Of a stretch of 64,000 bases of DNA, positions 49,220 through 58,570 are shown piece after piece. The translations under genes and the position numbers were made by a program. The notes below the pieces were generated by a model. It made no database searches, was not told the DNA's origin, and saw only the letters and a program-made list of their open reading frames with translations. Each line of letters opens with the position of its first letter. The stretch's first letter is position 1. This stretch comes from Bacteroidales bacterium (lineage in GTDB: Bacteria; Bacteroidota; Bacteroidia; Bacteroidales; JAGOPY01): the NCBI GenBank assembly GCA_023229505.1, contig JALNZD010000001.1:66823-130822 (forward strand). Direction: 5' to 3'.

Positions 49220-49449
49220 ACAGCCGACCTGCAACGCCTTTTATCAACTGCCCTTTTTACCGGCTCCGCTTATCAGGTTACAGTTCTGAAGATGGGATTA
49301 CGTCAGCTCGCATTTGAAGTAATTTCAAGTTTGAAATTGTGGCGGAAATTTCCTTATCTTTCGGATTCATAATATGAGTGATAATTATTAATACCTTTAA
49401 GGTTCATTATAAGAACTGCTTTTCTAAGGCTAAGCCAGGAAATGAATGA

Positions 49450-49818
49450 TTTCAATCTTTATATCAACCAAAAAATAGCAACTCATTCAATCCGCTACAT
49501 TTTATTGCCTATCCCCACCCCTATTGGTGTGTTAATAGGACTTACTGGGATAGCGGGTATGAGGGAGTTGAACTACCTGGCAAGCTGCAAAACTGTTATC
49601 TGCTTTCTTATGCTGCGTTTATCACGGAATTGGGTAAAAAGAAAATAAAGCTATCCCTTTCAGAAGAAGCCGAATGGGAAGGTTACTTCTTACAGGAAAG
49701 TAAAAAAGCGCTTGAACTGAAAGCTAAAATTGAAACCACCGATAAAGAGATAGACCGGATGGTGTATGCTTTGTATGGGCTGACGGAGGAGGAGATTAAG
49801 ATAGTTGAGGGATCATAA
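49450..49818 (+). pseudogene. 3-prime remnant of a restriction-modification (type IIG/Eco57I-like methyltransferase-endonuclease) gene
   Basis: The open frame from 49450 has no plausible start. Its tail, ...FITELGKKKIKLSLSEEAEWEGYF...TDKEIDRMVYALYGLTEEEIKIVEGS, is the characteristic C-terminal tail of such enzymes. No catalytic domains are present upstream. Confidence 0.5.
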
Positions 49819-49975
49819 GAGCAGATCCCTCCGCCACCCACGGCGGGGTCGGGTTTTCGCCCTTTGTCACCACATAATGGGGTATTTTGGGATTATAGAA
49901 GAATAATTAAAAACAAAAAGACAAAACAGACGGATATCATATAATTTTGCATCTTGGTTATTAAAGATTTTGAAA

Positions 49976-50149
49976 ATGAAAGTAATACTTGATATACAAG
50001 AAAGCAAGGCGACATTTTTCATGGAATTGGTCAATGGATTGAAATATGTGCGAATTATAAAACAAATAAAAGATAAGCGTAAAAGCCGTGCAATTCAGGA
50101 TATCGTTGACGCTTTCAATGATGTGAAGCTTCATGAGGAAGGGAAATAA
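49976..50149 (+). CDS. small antitoxin-like protein (57 aa, below the ORF-track cutoff), possibly truncated by a nonsense codon
   Basis: MKVILDIQESKATFFMELVNGLKYVRIIKQIKDKRKSRAIQDIVDAFNDVKLHEEGK-stop. The frame continues after the TAA as ALKSANQLLDEI-stop. This is the shape of the small proteins found upstream of RelE/ParE toxins in Bacteroidota. Confidence 0.45.
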   Translation: MKVILDIQESKATFFMELVNGLKYVRIIKQIKDKRKSRAIQDIVDAFNDVKLHEEGK

Positions 50150-50177
50150 GCACTAAAATCTGCAAATCAGCTTTTGG

Positions 50178-50282
50178 ATGAAATTTAATGTTGTCGCTAC
50201 AGAAAACTTCGAAAGGAAAGTTTGCAAAGTTTTTCTGAAAGCTACCCTCCAGCGGATTTATAACAGCGTCTCCGTGGTTTAG
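50178..50282 (+). pseudogene. N-terminal remnant of a RelE/ParE-type toxin gene
   Basis: MKFNVVATENFERK... is a typical toxin start, but the ORF ends after 34 codons. Confidence 0.35.
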
Positions 50283-50398
50283 ATAATAATTATAACTTAT
50301 GAGAAACCCTCATCTATTTGCAAACTGCATCTTTAATTATTAAATTTACCCGGTCAAAAACACAGGCCGGCATTTGCTCTTGACCGTTGTACCCAATA

Positions 50399-50902
50399 AT
50401 GAAAGATATGAAGTCCAGGTTTACATTCTTATTTGCTTTAATATGTTTATTGTTCGCTGATTCTTGCAGTAAATCTCCGGTTTGCTGGGGAGATGATGCA
50501 AATAAGAGCATCATTGAAAAGTATTATAACACGCATGATTTTCCCATGTGTGTTGAAGGATATATACAGGAAAACGAATATTTGATTGTCAGGAACATGA
50601 ATGAGCTTTTAAATATTACCGATTCGAATTGTTATAATTTGCCTGAAGCCGGGTATGCTTTAAATCCACCTGAAATTGATTTTAATAATTTTAGTTTACT
50701 CGGATTTTGGGTAACCGGACAATGCGAAACAAAATTTATAAGAGATGTTATTAAAGATGAAGAACTTAGGAAATATATATATAAAATAATTGTAAAGGAC
50801 TGTGGTTCCTGTGAAAAAGAGAGATATGATGCGAATTTAATTTTAGTGCCTAAACTACCTGATGATTTTATGGTTGAATTCAAAAAAGAAGATGGAGATT
50901 GA
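50399..50902 (+). CDS. hypothetical lipoprotein
   Basis: MKDMKSRFTFLFALICLLFADSC lipobox. AT-rich. No recognised family. The ORF is open from the TTG at 50387. Confidence 0.6.
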   Translation: MKDMKSRFTFLFALICLLFADSCSKSPVCWGDDANKSIIEKYYNTHDFPMCVEGYIQENEYLIVRNMNELLNITDSNCYNLPEAGYALNPPEIDFNNFSLLGFWVTGQCETKFIRDVIKDEELRKYIYKIIVKDCGSCEKERYDANLILVPKLPDDFMVEFKKEDGD

Positions 50903-50988
50903 TTTGCCGGGCACAATAGTTTAAAGGAAAGCTGGGATAGCGGGTTTAGGGAGTTACTTGACACTATTAAAAACAAACATAATTAATT

Positions 50989-52092
50989 ATGGCAACAACT
51001 ATAAAAACGTGCAGTAAATGCATTCTGAATGAGAAGATAGATGGCGTTATAATCGGTGACGATGGTATTTGTAATTACTGTAAAGAATATGTACCGTTTA
51101 GTCCTTATAAAGAAAGTGAATTACTGAAGATATTTAAAAAAGCACGAAAAAAGAAAAGGATATATGATGCGCTTGTTCCCATCAGTGGAGGTAAAGACAG
51201 CACTTATGTTTTATATTTAGCTGTCAATAAGTACAAACTAAATGTATTGACCTACACTTTTGACAATGGGTTTATGAATGATCTGGCTAAAGAGAATATT
51301 GAAAGAGCTGTTAAAAAGTGTGGAGTTGATCATGTTTGGGTAAAACATGACTTGAAATTAATCCATGAACTATACCGCACTGCTCTCGTGCATTCGGGTG
51401 AGATATGCGGTATTTGCGGGACCGGAATAGAAAGGAGTATGTTGAAAATTTCTGAAGTGTGGAAAGTGCCGGTGATTTTATTAGGTCATTCACCGACGGA
51501 AGCCAATTCTTTTACATCTGAAAATATTTATGATCAGTCGAGATTAAAAGCAATCATTCAGAAGAACCGGAATATAAATAATGAAATGATCAACCGCTTC
51601 CTTATCTATCCAAAACTGAATTTTATTACAAGTTATTTATATACAAAATCAGGACGTTTTGGAAAGAAGGTCAATATACTATTCTATTTAAACAACCCTT
51701 CTGATAAGGAAATCGGAAATATAATAAAGAAAGAAATGGACTGGAAAGAATCAGATCAGTCAGAATACACCAGGCATTTTGATTGTTTGGCAGAGCCTTT
51801 CTCCAACTACATAAGGGATAAACGTTTTGGTTATTCAAGACGGTTGCCCCAGCTCAGTAATATGATCCGGAACAAAGAAATAACAAGAGAAGAAGCCTTG
51901 AAAATTTATATCGATGACAATAAGAATCCTTTACCGAACAATTATGAATTTGTGATGTCATCTTTAAATTTGAAAGAAAATGATATTGAGGAAATTGAAA
52001 AAATTCCCGTGAATGTATTTAATGATAAGAAATCACCGGCTAACATAATATTTGCTAAAACAAGAAACTTGATCAAGAAAAATGTTCATTAA
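50989..52092 (+). CDS. PP-loop ATP-pyrophosphatase, N-acetyl-sugar amidotransferase-like (TIGR03573/WbuX type)
   Basis: N-terminal Cys pairs CSKC...CNYC, the PP-loop VPISGGKDSTYVLY, and the C-terminal KRFGYSRRLPQLSNMIRNKEITREEAL motif typical of this LPS-associated family. Confidence 0.7.
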   Translation: MATTIKTCSKCILNEKIDGVIIGDDGICNYCKEYVPFSPYKESELLKIFKKARKKKRIYDALVPISGGKDSTYVLYLAVNKYKLNVLTYTFDNGFMNDLAKENIERAVKKCGVDHVWVKHDLKLIHELYRTALVHSGEICGICGTGIERSMLKISEVWKVPVILLGHSPTEANSFTSENIYDQSRLKAIIQKNRNINNEMINRFLIYPKLNFITSYLYTKSGRFGKKVNILFYLNNPSDKEIGNIIKKEMDWKESDQSEYTRHFDCLAEPFSNYIRDKRFGYSRRLPQLSNMIRNKEITREEALKIYIDDNKNPLPNNYEFVMSSLNLKENDIEEIEKIPVNVFNDKKSPANIIFAKTRNLIKKNVH

Positions 52093-52151
52093 AATAGATG
52101 TTGTGATTTTTTATCATTTACTTAACTAAGATTCAATAATTTAAGACCATT

Positions 52152-53144
52152 ATGCTGATCAAATTTTTCCGGTCGAGTTTCCTTATACAGTATTTTTTAC
52201 TTATCCTTGTCACCGCCGGGATCTGGATACCCGGTTTCTTTGCAAACCAGGGGTTGCCGGTCGAACCCAGCCTTATCACCCCTTTATACAACCTTGCCCA
52301 TCATCTCCTGAAACTTTTTGAGGCCGCCAGTCCTGCTTTAGCCATGGTGATCATTCTTCTTTCGGCCCTGACACTCAATAATATCCTCATCTTTCATGAT
52401 CTTACGCCCAAAAACGACCTGCTGCCTGCTTTTCTTTTCATCGTCCTTATGGGTAGCAACCCCCTTACTTTATGCACCTATCCGGTAGTTCTTTCTTTAC
52501 CATTTTTCACCTGGTTTCTTCATACTATCTTCAGAATCAATGATGAACCCGAGAATAATATGGCAGTGTTTAATGCCAGCATCCTGATTTCAGTCATTTC
52601 GATGATCTATCCGGCAGCCATTATCATCTATGCCTGTATATGGCTGATCTTACTCGTTTTCGGCACTTTTACCGGAAGAAACCTCATCATTTCGTTCATC
52701 GCCCTGTTGCTCCCATATATATACCTGTTCCTGTATTTCTTCTGGACCGACCAGCTCGGTGAAGCATTGAATGCATACCGGGTTTATTTCTTTGAAATTT
52801 TTCACTTCCGGATCAATTTCGAAATATGGCAGCTATGTATTTGGGGTATTTTTATCGTATTCATGCTATTACCGGCTTTTTTGCGGATCACCGGCACCCT
52901 GAGCACGTTCAGCATTAATTTCCGGAAAAAAATGTCCGCTACCGGATGGCTCCTGGCATTCACCTTCCCTATCATTATTTTCCATGGGCAGGTAGATTAT
53001 AATTCCCTCATATTTTTACCGGCCACTATCATGATTGCCCATTATTACCATCTCTTTAAAAAATCTGTCTGGAATGAAATCGCCTTGCTGATATTCCTGC
53101 TGCTGATCCTTACACACAACTATTTACAGCTGTTTAATGCTTAA
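52152..53144 (+). CDS. hypothetical polytopic membrane protein
   Basis: 330 aa with about 9 TM segments and no recognised catalytic motif. Overlaps the rnhB start by 8 nt. Confidence 0.7.
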   Translation: MLIKFFRSSFLIQYFLLILVTAGIWIPGFFANQGLPVEPSLITPLYNLAHHLLKLFEAASPALAMVIILLSALTLNNILIFHDLTPKNDLLPAFLFIVLMGSNPLTLCTYPVVLSLPFFTWFLHTIFRINDEPENNMAVFNASILISVISMIYPAAIIIYACIWLILLVFGTFTGRNLIISFIALLLPYIYLFLYFFWTDQLGEALNAYRVYFFEIFHFRINFEIWQLCIWGIFIVFMLLPAFLRITGTLSTFSINFRKKMSATGWLLAFTFPIIIFHGQVDYNSLIFLPATIMIAHYYHLFKKSVWNEIALLIFLLLILTHNYLQLFNA

Positions 53145-53733
53145 GTCCTCCTTAACTGATAACCTGATCGAAGCTGGTTGCGATGAAGCCGGCCGGGGAT
53201 GCCTGGCTGGTCCTGTATTTGCTGCTGCAGTGATCTTACCGCCAGGATATACAAATCCGGCTATTAATGATTCTAAAAAGATGTCGGCAAGGCAAAGGGA
53301 AAATATGAGACAAATTATCGAAAAGGACGCCGTGGCCTGGGCAGTTGAATCAGTGGATCACCAAACCATTGACCAGATAAATATCCTGAATGCCTCCATC
53401 CTGGCCATGCATCAGGCAATAAAAAAATTAACAATACAACCACAACTGATCCTTGCTGATGGTAACCGGTTTCATCCCTATCCCGGCATACCGCACCGCT
53501 GCATCATAAAAGGAGATGCCACTTACCTGAGCATTGCCGCTGCATCCATCCTGGCTAAAACATACCGGGATGATTTTATGTTGAATTTGGACCGGGTATT
53601 CCCCCAATATGGCTGGAAAACCAACAAAGGCTATCCAACGGAAGCACATCGGAAGGCAATTGATCAATGGGGAATAACCAGCTTTCACAGGAAAAGTTTC
53701 CATTGTAAACTGACTCTGGATTTTTACCCCTGA
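53137..53733 (+). CDS. rnhB: ribonuclease HII
   Basis: AGCDEAGRGCLAGPV (catalytic DE), DSKK, and ASILAK motifs. Confidence 0.93.
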   Translation: MLKSSLTDNLIEAGCDEAGRGCLAGPVFAAAVILPPGYTNPAINDSKKMSARQRENMRQIIEKDAVAWAVESVDHQTIDQINILNASILAMHQAIKKLTIQPQLILADGNRFHPYPGIPHRCIIKGDATYLSIAAASILAKTYRDDFMLNLDRVFPQYGWKTNKGYPTEAHRKAIDQWGITSFHRKSFHCKLTLDFYP

Positions 53734-53781
53734 TTTTTGTATATTTGTACCCCCAGTTAACAACTCTTTAAAATTTAATCC

Positions 53782-54000
53782 ATGACTCACTCCGAATTTG
53801 AAATTATTATAAAAGAAGGAGTTAACAGTTGTGCCAATGACCAGGGATGGGTCAACTTAGCTGAGCTAGGTACCTATCTCAGGCAAAGAGGTCTGCAGTA
53901 CGGCAAACTCTCACGCTTTCTTCAGGACTATCAGAATATCATTGAAATCCGGGTTGACGACTCTATAACTCCTCCTGCCGTTTACGCAAGATTGCGCTGA
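53782..54000 (+). CDS. stand-alone OST-HTH/LOTUS domain protein
   Basis: 72 aa. GWVNLAELGTYLRQ...YGKLSRFLQDY...IEIR resembles the OST-HTH domain normally fused to NYN nucleases. Confidence 0.55.
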   Translation: MTHSEFEIIIKEGVNSCANDQGWVNLAELGTYLRQRGLQYGKLSRFLQDYQNIIEIRVDDSITPPAVYARLR

Positions 54001-54074
54001 CCTGCTGGTAAGCTGTTTGCTGATCAGGGCTTCCCATCACCGCCTTAGAGGTGAACAACATGCCTGCAAATGAA

Positions 54075-55406
54075 TCAGACCCTGGATGTCTTCCATTTAC
54101 CGCTTTTAAGGTAAAAATATGACATTCCACCCAGAAGAAAGGCATAAAAGTACTCTGTCATCCAGACGATATAAACTTCCTGCCGTAAAATTTCAGCTAA
54201 TATAAAGGCTGCGGCCAGATAAAAGAAAATGACAACCAGTTCGATAAGGAAGGAAACCTGGGTTTTACCTGTACCGGAAACCGCATTGAAAAAAACATAA
54301 CCCACCGCCAGGAATAATGCAGCCACATTTACAACATAAAGTGCAGGTAACGAAACGCTTATCAGTTCCGGGTCGTTGGTATAAATTTTCAGTGCCAGAC
54401 CAGGAAAGATCAATCCCAGGATTACAATGAACAATACTCCTATGGCACAGAGCCTGGCGACTTTCATAACCAGCGGCATGACTTCTTCCTGCCTGTCCTT
54501 GCCGATCAGATTACTGACCAGGGTGTTGGTGGCGGAACCAAATCCAAACATCGGGATCATCATGATCACGTAGAAGCTGCGGATAATATTTGATACGGCA
54601 AGGGCACGTTCGCCAAGTTTTTCGATAAAAAGAAAAAAAACGAGCCAGGCAGACATGGAAAAGAAGTTCTGCAGCATGACCGGAAATGCCACTTTTATGA
54701 TCCTCTTATATAATACTTCATCGAACCTTGCACGATGAAATAAATTGAATTTTTTTCCATCCTGATTCATCATCGTGAAAACCGTAAAAAATACTGTTGC
54801 TGAAAATTCAGCAATCACAGAAGCCAGCGCAGCACCGCCGATCCCCATTTCAGGTAAACCGAGGTTCCCGAAAATGAGGCCATAATCAAGTACCATATTA
54901 ACTAGTGCCATGAGCAAGGTAGTCCAGATAATGACCTTTGTCCGGGTAATCCCGATATAGAGCCCGCGGAAAAGCATATTAACGCTGGCAAAGAAAATAC
55001 CATAAGAACGGTACCTGATATATTCCTGGGTATATGCATTGACATCTTCCGACTGTATAATATGTTTCAGGATGTCACCCGAAAAAAACTGCATCAGGCT
55101 AAAGAGGGAAAGGGCTAGTGGAAGCTGGAAATAGAACCCATGCTGAAAAGTCCGTCCGATCTCGGCATAGGCCTGCTCACCTTTCCTTCTGGCAATAATG
55201 ATCTGTGTCCCGGTCCCGAAACCCCACGCCAGCATCACCGCTATAAAATAAAAAATCCCGCCGATAGCACCTGCGCCAAGTTCAACCTGCCCGACCCTGC
55301 CCAAAAAAGCAGTGTCAGTGATGTTCAGTAAGTTCTGTGCTACGCTGCCAATAATAATCGGATAAGCAATGAACCAGATCTCACGGTATGTGATTGAGGT
55401 TTTCAC
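54075..55406 (-). CDS. MATE family efflux transporter
   Basis: 443 aa, 12 TM. N-terminus EIWFIAYPIIIGSVAQNLLNITDTAFLGRVG is typical of MATE. GTG start. Confidence 0.9.
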   Translation of the reverse strand: MKTSITYREIWFIAYPIIIGSVAQNLLNITDTAFLGRVGQVELGAGAIGGIFYFIAVMLAWGFGTGTQIIIARRKGEQAYAEIGRTFQHGFYFQLPLALSLFSLMQFFSGDILKHIIQSEDVNAYTQEYIRYRSYGIFFASVNMLFRGLYIGITRTKVIIWTTLLMALVNMVLDYGLIFGNLGLPEMGIGGAALASVIAEFSATVFFTVFTMMNQDGKKFNLFHRARFDEVLYKRIIKVAFPVMLQNFFSMSAWLVFFLFIEKLGERALAVSNIIRSFYVIMMIPMFGFGSATNTLVSNLIGKDRQEEVMPLVMKVARLCAIGVLFIVILGLIFPGLALKIYTNDPELISVSLPALYVVNVAALFLAVGYVFFNAVSGTGKTQVSFLIELVVIFFYLAAAFILAEILRQEVYIVWMTEYFYAFLLGGMSYFYLKSGKWKTSRV

Positions 55407-55577
55407 CAGACTTTAAAGACTAATGGAAATTTTGGTAAATTTACATTTTTTGACGAAAAGCGCAGGGCGTAGGGCATTGGGTAATTAGAATTTTAATTTT
55501 TATTGAATGATCGCTCATCCTGACATCTTTTTTAACTTTACACGATATTATCTGATCCAACAGATAATCAAGAAAGC

Positions 55578-56423
55578 ATGATTCAGGAAGAGTCGTTCAA
55601 GTGCGTCATCAGAAATTACTTTTCAAGGTATCTTGAGCACTTCAGGATAAACCTGGAAAAGGCGATGGAGGAATACGATCCGGAAGCTATCCACGAATAC
55701 AGGGTATCAGTTAAAAGGATTCGCGCTATTATCCGCGCATTGGACCGGGTTTATGATAATCCGCTGTTTTCCGGAAAAATGATCCAGCCTTTGCGGCTGA
55801 TGTTCAAAGCCGGCGGAACGATCCGCGATGACCAGGTGCAGATCGGGCTGGTCGAAAATATAGAGAAAGAATTCGGCCATGCTTTCCCTCTTATCAAAGA
55901 TTATTATTTTAAAAGAATAGAGAATCAAAGGGATTCCTTCTTTTTAAAATCGATTGATTTCGAATATAAATCCATTGATTCCATTTCCCGGCAGATCGAA
56001 AACATTCTTGATCCGCTGGATGATAATTCACTGGAAACAAATCTCTACAACTGGCTCCATGAATCTATGGAGAAACTGAAAAGAAAAAGGTATGACCTTG
56101 AAAAACCTGATAAATTGCACCGTTTCCGCACCCGTTTCAAGGAAAACGGGTATGTCGCGGAGATGATCTTTCAATCCAGATACAGTAACAAGATCTCAAA
56201 GACGGCATATAACCGTATGAAAAATTTTGGCCAGGAGCTCGGTAACTGGCATGATCATTACCAGCTCTGGTCTAAAACAGCGCTCATCTTCCAGGAATCC
56301 CGGAACTTTGACCTGCTGGAAGAGGCATTTGAATTGAGGAAATTTATTACACCCATCCACGATAAGCTATTCCAGGAAATACTTCACCTGATTAAAAGGG
56401 ACGACAGTATTTTTTCTGTTTGA
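55578..56423 (+). CDS. CHAD domain protein
   Basis: EAIHEYRVSVKRIRAIIRAL and the later HRFRTRFKE / LGNWHD helices match CHAD. Confidence 0.78.
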   Translation: MIQEESFKCVIRNYFSRYLEHFRINLEKAMEEYDPEAIHEYRVSVKRIRAIIRALDRVYDNPLFSGKMIQPLRLMFKAGGTIRDDQVQIGLVENIEKEFGHAFPLIKDYYFKRIENQRDSFFLKSIDFEYKSIDSISRQIENILDPLDDNSLETNLYNWLHESMEKLKRKRYDLEKPDKLHRFRTRFKENGYVAEMIFQSRYSNKISKTAYNRMKNFGQELGNWHDHYQLWSKTALIFQESRNFDLLEEAFELRKFITPIHDKLFQEILHLIKRDDSIFSV

Positions 56424-56466
56424 TAAAACAGGGAAAAAGGATACTTATATTGCAGCCAGTCTAAAC

Positions 56467-56500
56467 CAATCCAAAAAGTTTACTTTGGATTGTTGTTTTT
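56467..56500. terminator. hairpin terminator between convergent CHAD and HMA genes
   Basis: The 9-bp stem CAATCCAAA (56467..56475) pairs with TTTGGATTG (56484..56492) across an 8-nt loop, followed by TTGTTTTT. Confidence 0.65.
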
Positions 56501-56556
56501 ATTCACACATTCTATGATTTAAGGTTTGCCAATCCCCCTAATGAAAAAGATGTCTC

Positions 56557-56931
56557 CTAATGATTGTGCATTTCATGGTCTTTTTCCGGCTCTTTTGCAG
56601 CAGGACGATCGTAATGGCAGCAGCCGGGTAATTCATCATAAACCTTATCATCAGCCCGGTACATATCAGTATCATGTCCTACTTTTGCAATGGTGATATT
56701 TATTTTATCCACATCAGTTTTAGTGGAATCATAAGACACATCGATCATTTTTGTCTCTTTGTTCCAATCAGCAGCGGCTACACCTTTGACCGACTTTGCA
56801 GCGGTTTCGATACGTTTTTCGCACATGCCGCAATTTCCGTACACTTTAAACTCTTCCGTTTTGCTTTGAGCGAAAAGTGTCATTGTTCCTAACAGGAACA
56901 GACATCCAAAACTTACCATTTTTACTTTCAT
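56557..56931 (-). CDS. periplasmic heavy-metal-associated (HMA) domain protein
   Basis: Signal peptide MKVKMVSFGCLFLLGTMTLFAQS, the GNCGMCEKRIE metal site, a CC pair and a His-rich tail (DHEMHNH). The ORF is open to 56958, directly abutting the cusB stop. Confidence 0.8.
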   Translation of the reverse strand: MKVKMVSFGCLFLLGTMTLFAQSKTEEFKVYGNCGMCEKRIETAAKSVKGVAAADWNKETKMIDVSYDSTKTDVDKINITIAKVGHDTDMYRADDKVYDELPGCCHYDRPAAKEPEKDHEMHNH

Positions 56932-56958
56932 GTTTCTATTATTTAAGTGATTAAACAT

Positions 56959-58551
56959 TTAATTACGATATAAGCAACATTCAGGCAGATTGTTGTAAAC
57001 TTCATCACTGGCCTTAAACTTTTCTGTATCATGCCCGGCTTGAGCTATGGCCATATGGATGGTGTTAAGATCAGCCAAGGCGTTATCGTATTCCACATGG
57101 ATTTTTTTAGTTTTAACGTCCCAATCAGCAGATGAGACTCCCTGAACAGATTTGGCGGCTTTCTCAATACGTTCCTTGCACATATCGCAGTTGCCTGAAA
57201 CGCCAAACATGGCATGCTGAAAGGTCTGAGTTGAGGTATTCCCTGCAGAAACATTATTTAGGTTTTTATTTAACTCTGGAGCAGCAGGCATATTCATTCC
57301 CGGCATGGTGGATGTTTGTCCGCCCTGACGGTTCATCATGCTGGGCTTACCTTCCAACTGTGCGGCGGCATCAACGCTGAATACGCCCTGCGTGACAATT
57401 TCCTCCCCTTCATTCAATCCATTCATCACTACATAGCTGCTTCCCAACATGGGACCGACTTCTATCTCGCGCATTTTAAACACCGGCTCATCAGTTTCCG
57501 TTTGTTTCACATATACAACAGAGCGTTTGCCCGTCCATAATACCGCAGTGCCGGGAATGATTAAATTGTCATTGTATTGATTGAGGTTTGCCTCAACAAG
57601 GCCGGTTGCAAACATTTCGGGCTTTAATTTTCCGGCCTGGTTGTTGATTTCTACCCGGACTTTTGCGACGCGGGTAACGGGATCGAGCACCGGATCAATA
57701 AAGGAAATATTGTCTGAAAAATTGACTCCAGGCATAGCCTGAACAGTGAAAGTAAGATGATCACCTTTTGCCAGAAAAGGAAGGTCGCTTTCATAGGCAT
57801 CGAACATCACCCATACATGCGAAAGATCTGCCACATCAAATAGTACCGTGCCGGGGGAAATATAATCGCCATTATTGACCCTTCTTGCAGTAACAATACC
57901 GGTTGTATTGGCATATACTTCAAAATCAGATTTGGCAATGCCTGAGCTCTCAATGCCGGCAATCTGATTATCGGTCAGTTTCCACTGGCGAAGTTTATCT
58001 TTTGCTGCCTCATAAAGGATAGGTTGCGATGATTTTGTTTTGGCTGTTTCAAGCAGTTCCTGCTGGGCTGTTATCAAATCGGGTGAATATATTACGGCCA
58101 GCTTTTGTCCTTTTCCGACTGTTTCACCTGTATAGTTTACAAACAATTTTTCAATACGGCCTGGCAGATAAGACACCTGGCTTTGTAACATTCGTTCATC
58201 CGCCTGTACTTTGCCATATAGACGTACTTCTTTTACAGGTTTTTGTCTAGATACTGTTGATGTCAGGACGTTAGCCAACTGAGCAGCTTCCTTGCTCAGG
58301 TGAATGGCATCAGGGTCTGTGGAGGTATTGCTTTGATTGAGTGGAATTAAATCCATGCCACAGATAGGGCATTTGCCCGGTTCGTGCATTCGTATCTGCG
58401 GGTGCATGGCGCAAGTCCAAATCGTGCTTTTAACAGTTTCAACCGTGAGGTCTTGCTTTTCTTCTTTTTGATCCGGGGAATGGAAAAATAACCAACCGAG
58501 AAAAATACCTATTATCAAGGTGATGATATAAAATATTTTTTTTCTTTTCAT
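56959..58551 (-). CDS. cusB: RND efflux periplasmic adaptor (CusB-like) with N-terminal Cys/His metal-binding and C-terminal HMA-like domains
   Basis: MKRKKIFY... TM anchor, CAMHPQIRMHEPGKCPICGMDL, an MFP barrel-sandwich core, and a C-terminal GNCDMCKERIEKAAKSV...CC. The ORF-track extension 58552..58650 is a translation of repeat DNA. Confidence 0.87.
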   Translation of the reverse strand: MKRKKIFYIITLIIGIFLGWLFFHSPDQKEEKQDLTVETVKSTIWTCAMHPQIRMHEPGKCPICGMDLIPLNQSNTSTDPDAIHLSKEAAQLANVLTSTVSRQKPVKEVRLYGKVQADERMLQSQVSYLPGRIEKLFVNYTGETVGKGQKLAVIYSPDLITAQQELLETAKTKSSQPILYEAAKDKLRQWKLTDNQIAGIESSGIAKSDFEVYANTTGIVTARRVNNGDYISPGTVLFDVADLSHVWVMFDAYESDLPFLAKGDHLTFTVQAMPGVNFSDNISFIDPVLDPVTRVAKVRVEINNQAGKLKPEMFATGLVEANLNQYNDNLIIPGTAVLWTGKRSVVYVKQTETDEPVFKMREIEVGPMLGSSYVVMNGLNEGEEIVTQGVFSVDAAAQLEGKPSMMNRQGGQTSTMPGMNMPAAPELNKNLNNVSAGNTSTQTFQHAMFGVSGNCDMCKERIEKAAKSVQGVSSADWDVKTKKIHVEYDNALADLNTIHMAIAQAGHDTEKFKASDEVYNNLPECCLYRN

Positions 58552-58570
58552 AAATTTTATTTTAAAAGAT

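Noticed and set aside
49442-49648. 68-aa ORF overlapping the RM remnant in another frame
   Set aside because: The alternative frame (49450..49818) carries the recognisable RM C-terminal tail. This ORF has no features of its own.
48378-52120. Similar AT-rich strings ATGTTGTATTTTTCATTTG (48378..48396) and ATGTTGTGATTTTTTATCATTTA (52098..52120) as direct repeats bounding the 48-52 kb island; also 48355..48410 as a degenerate TATTTC array
   Set aside because: Only a 7-mer plus low-complexity T-runs match. That is easily chance in AT-rich spacers.
55547-55568. Inverted repeat ATTATCTG-N6-CAGATAAT just upstream of the CHAD gene as an operator
   Set aside because: The arms are only 8 bp, there is no second copy, and no adjacent regulator gene. 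It is not distinguishable from chance.
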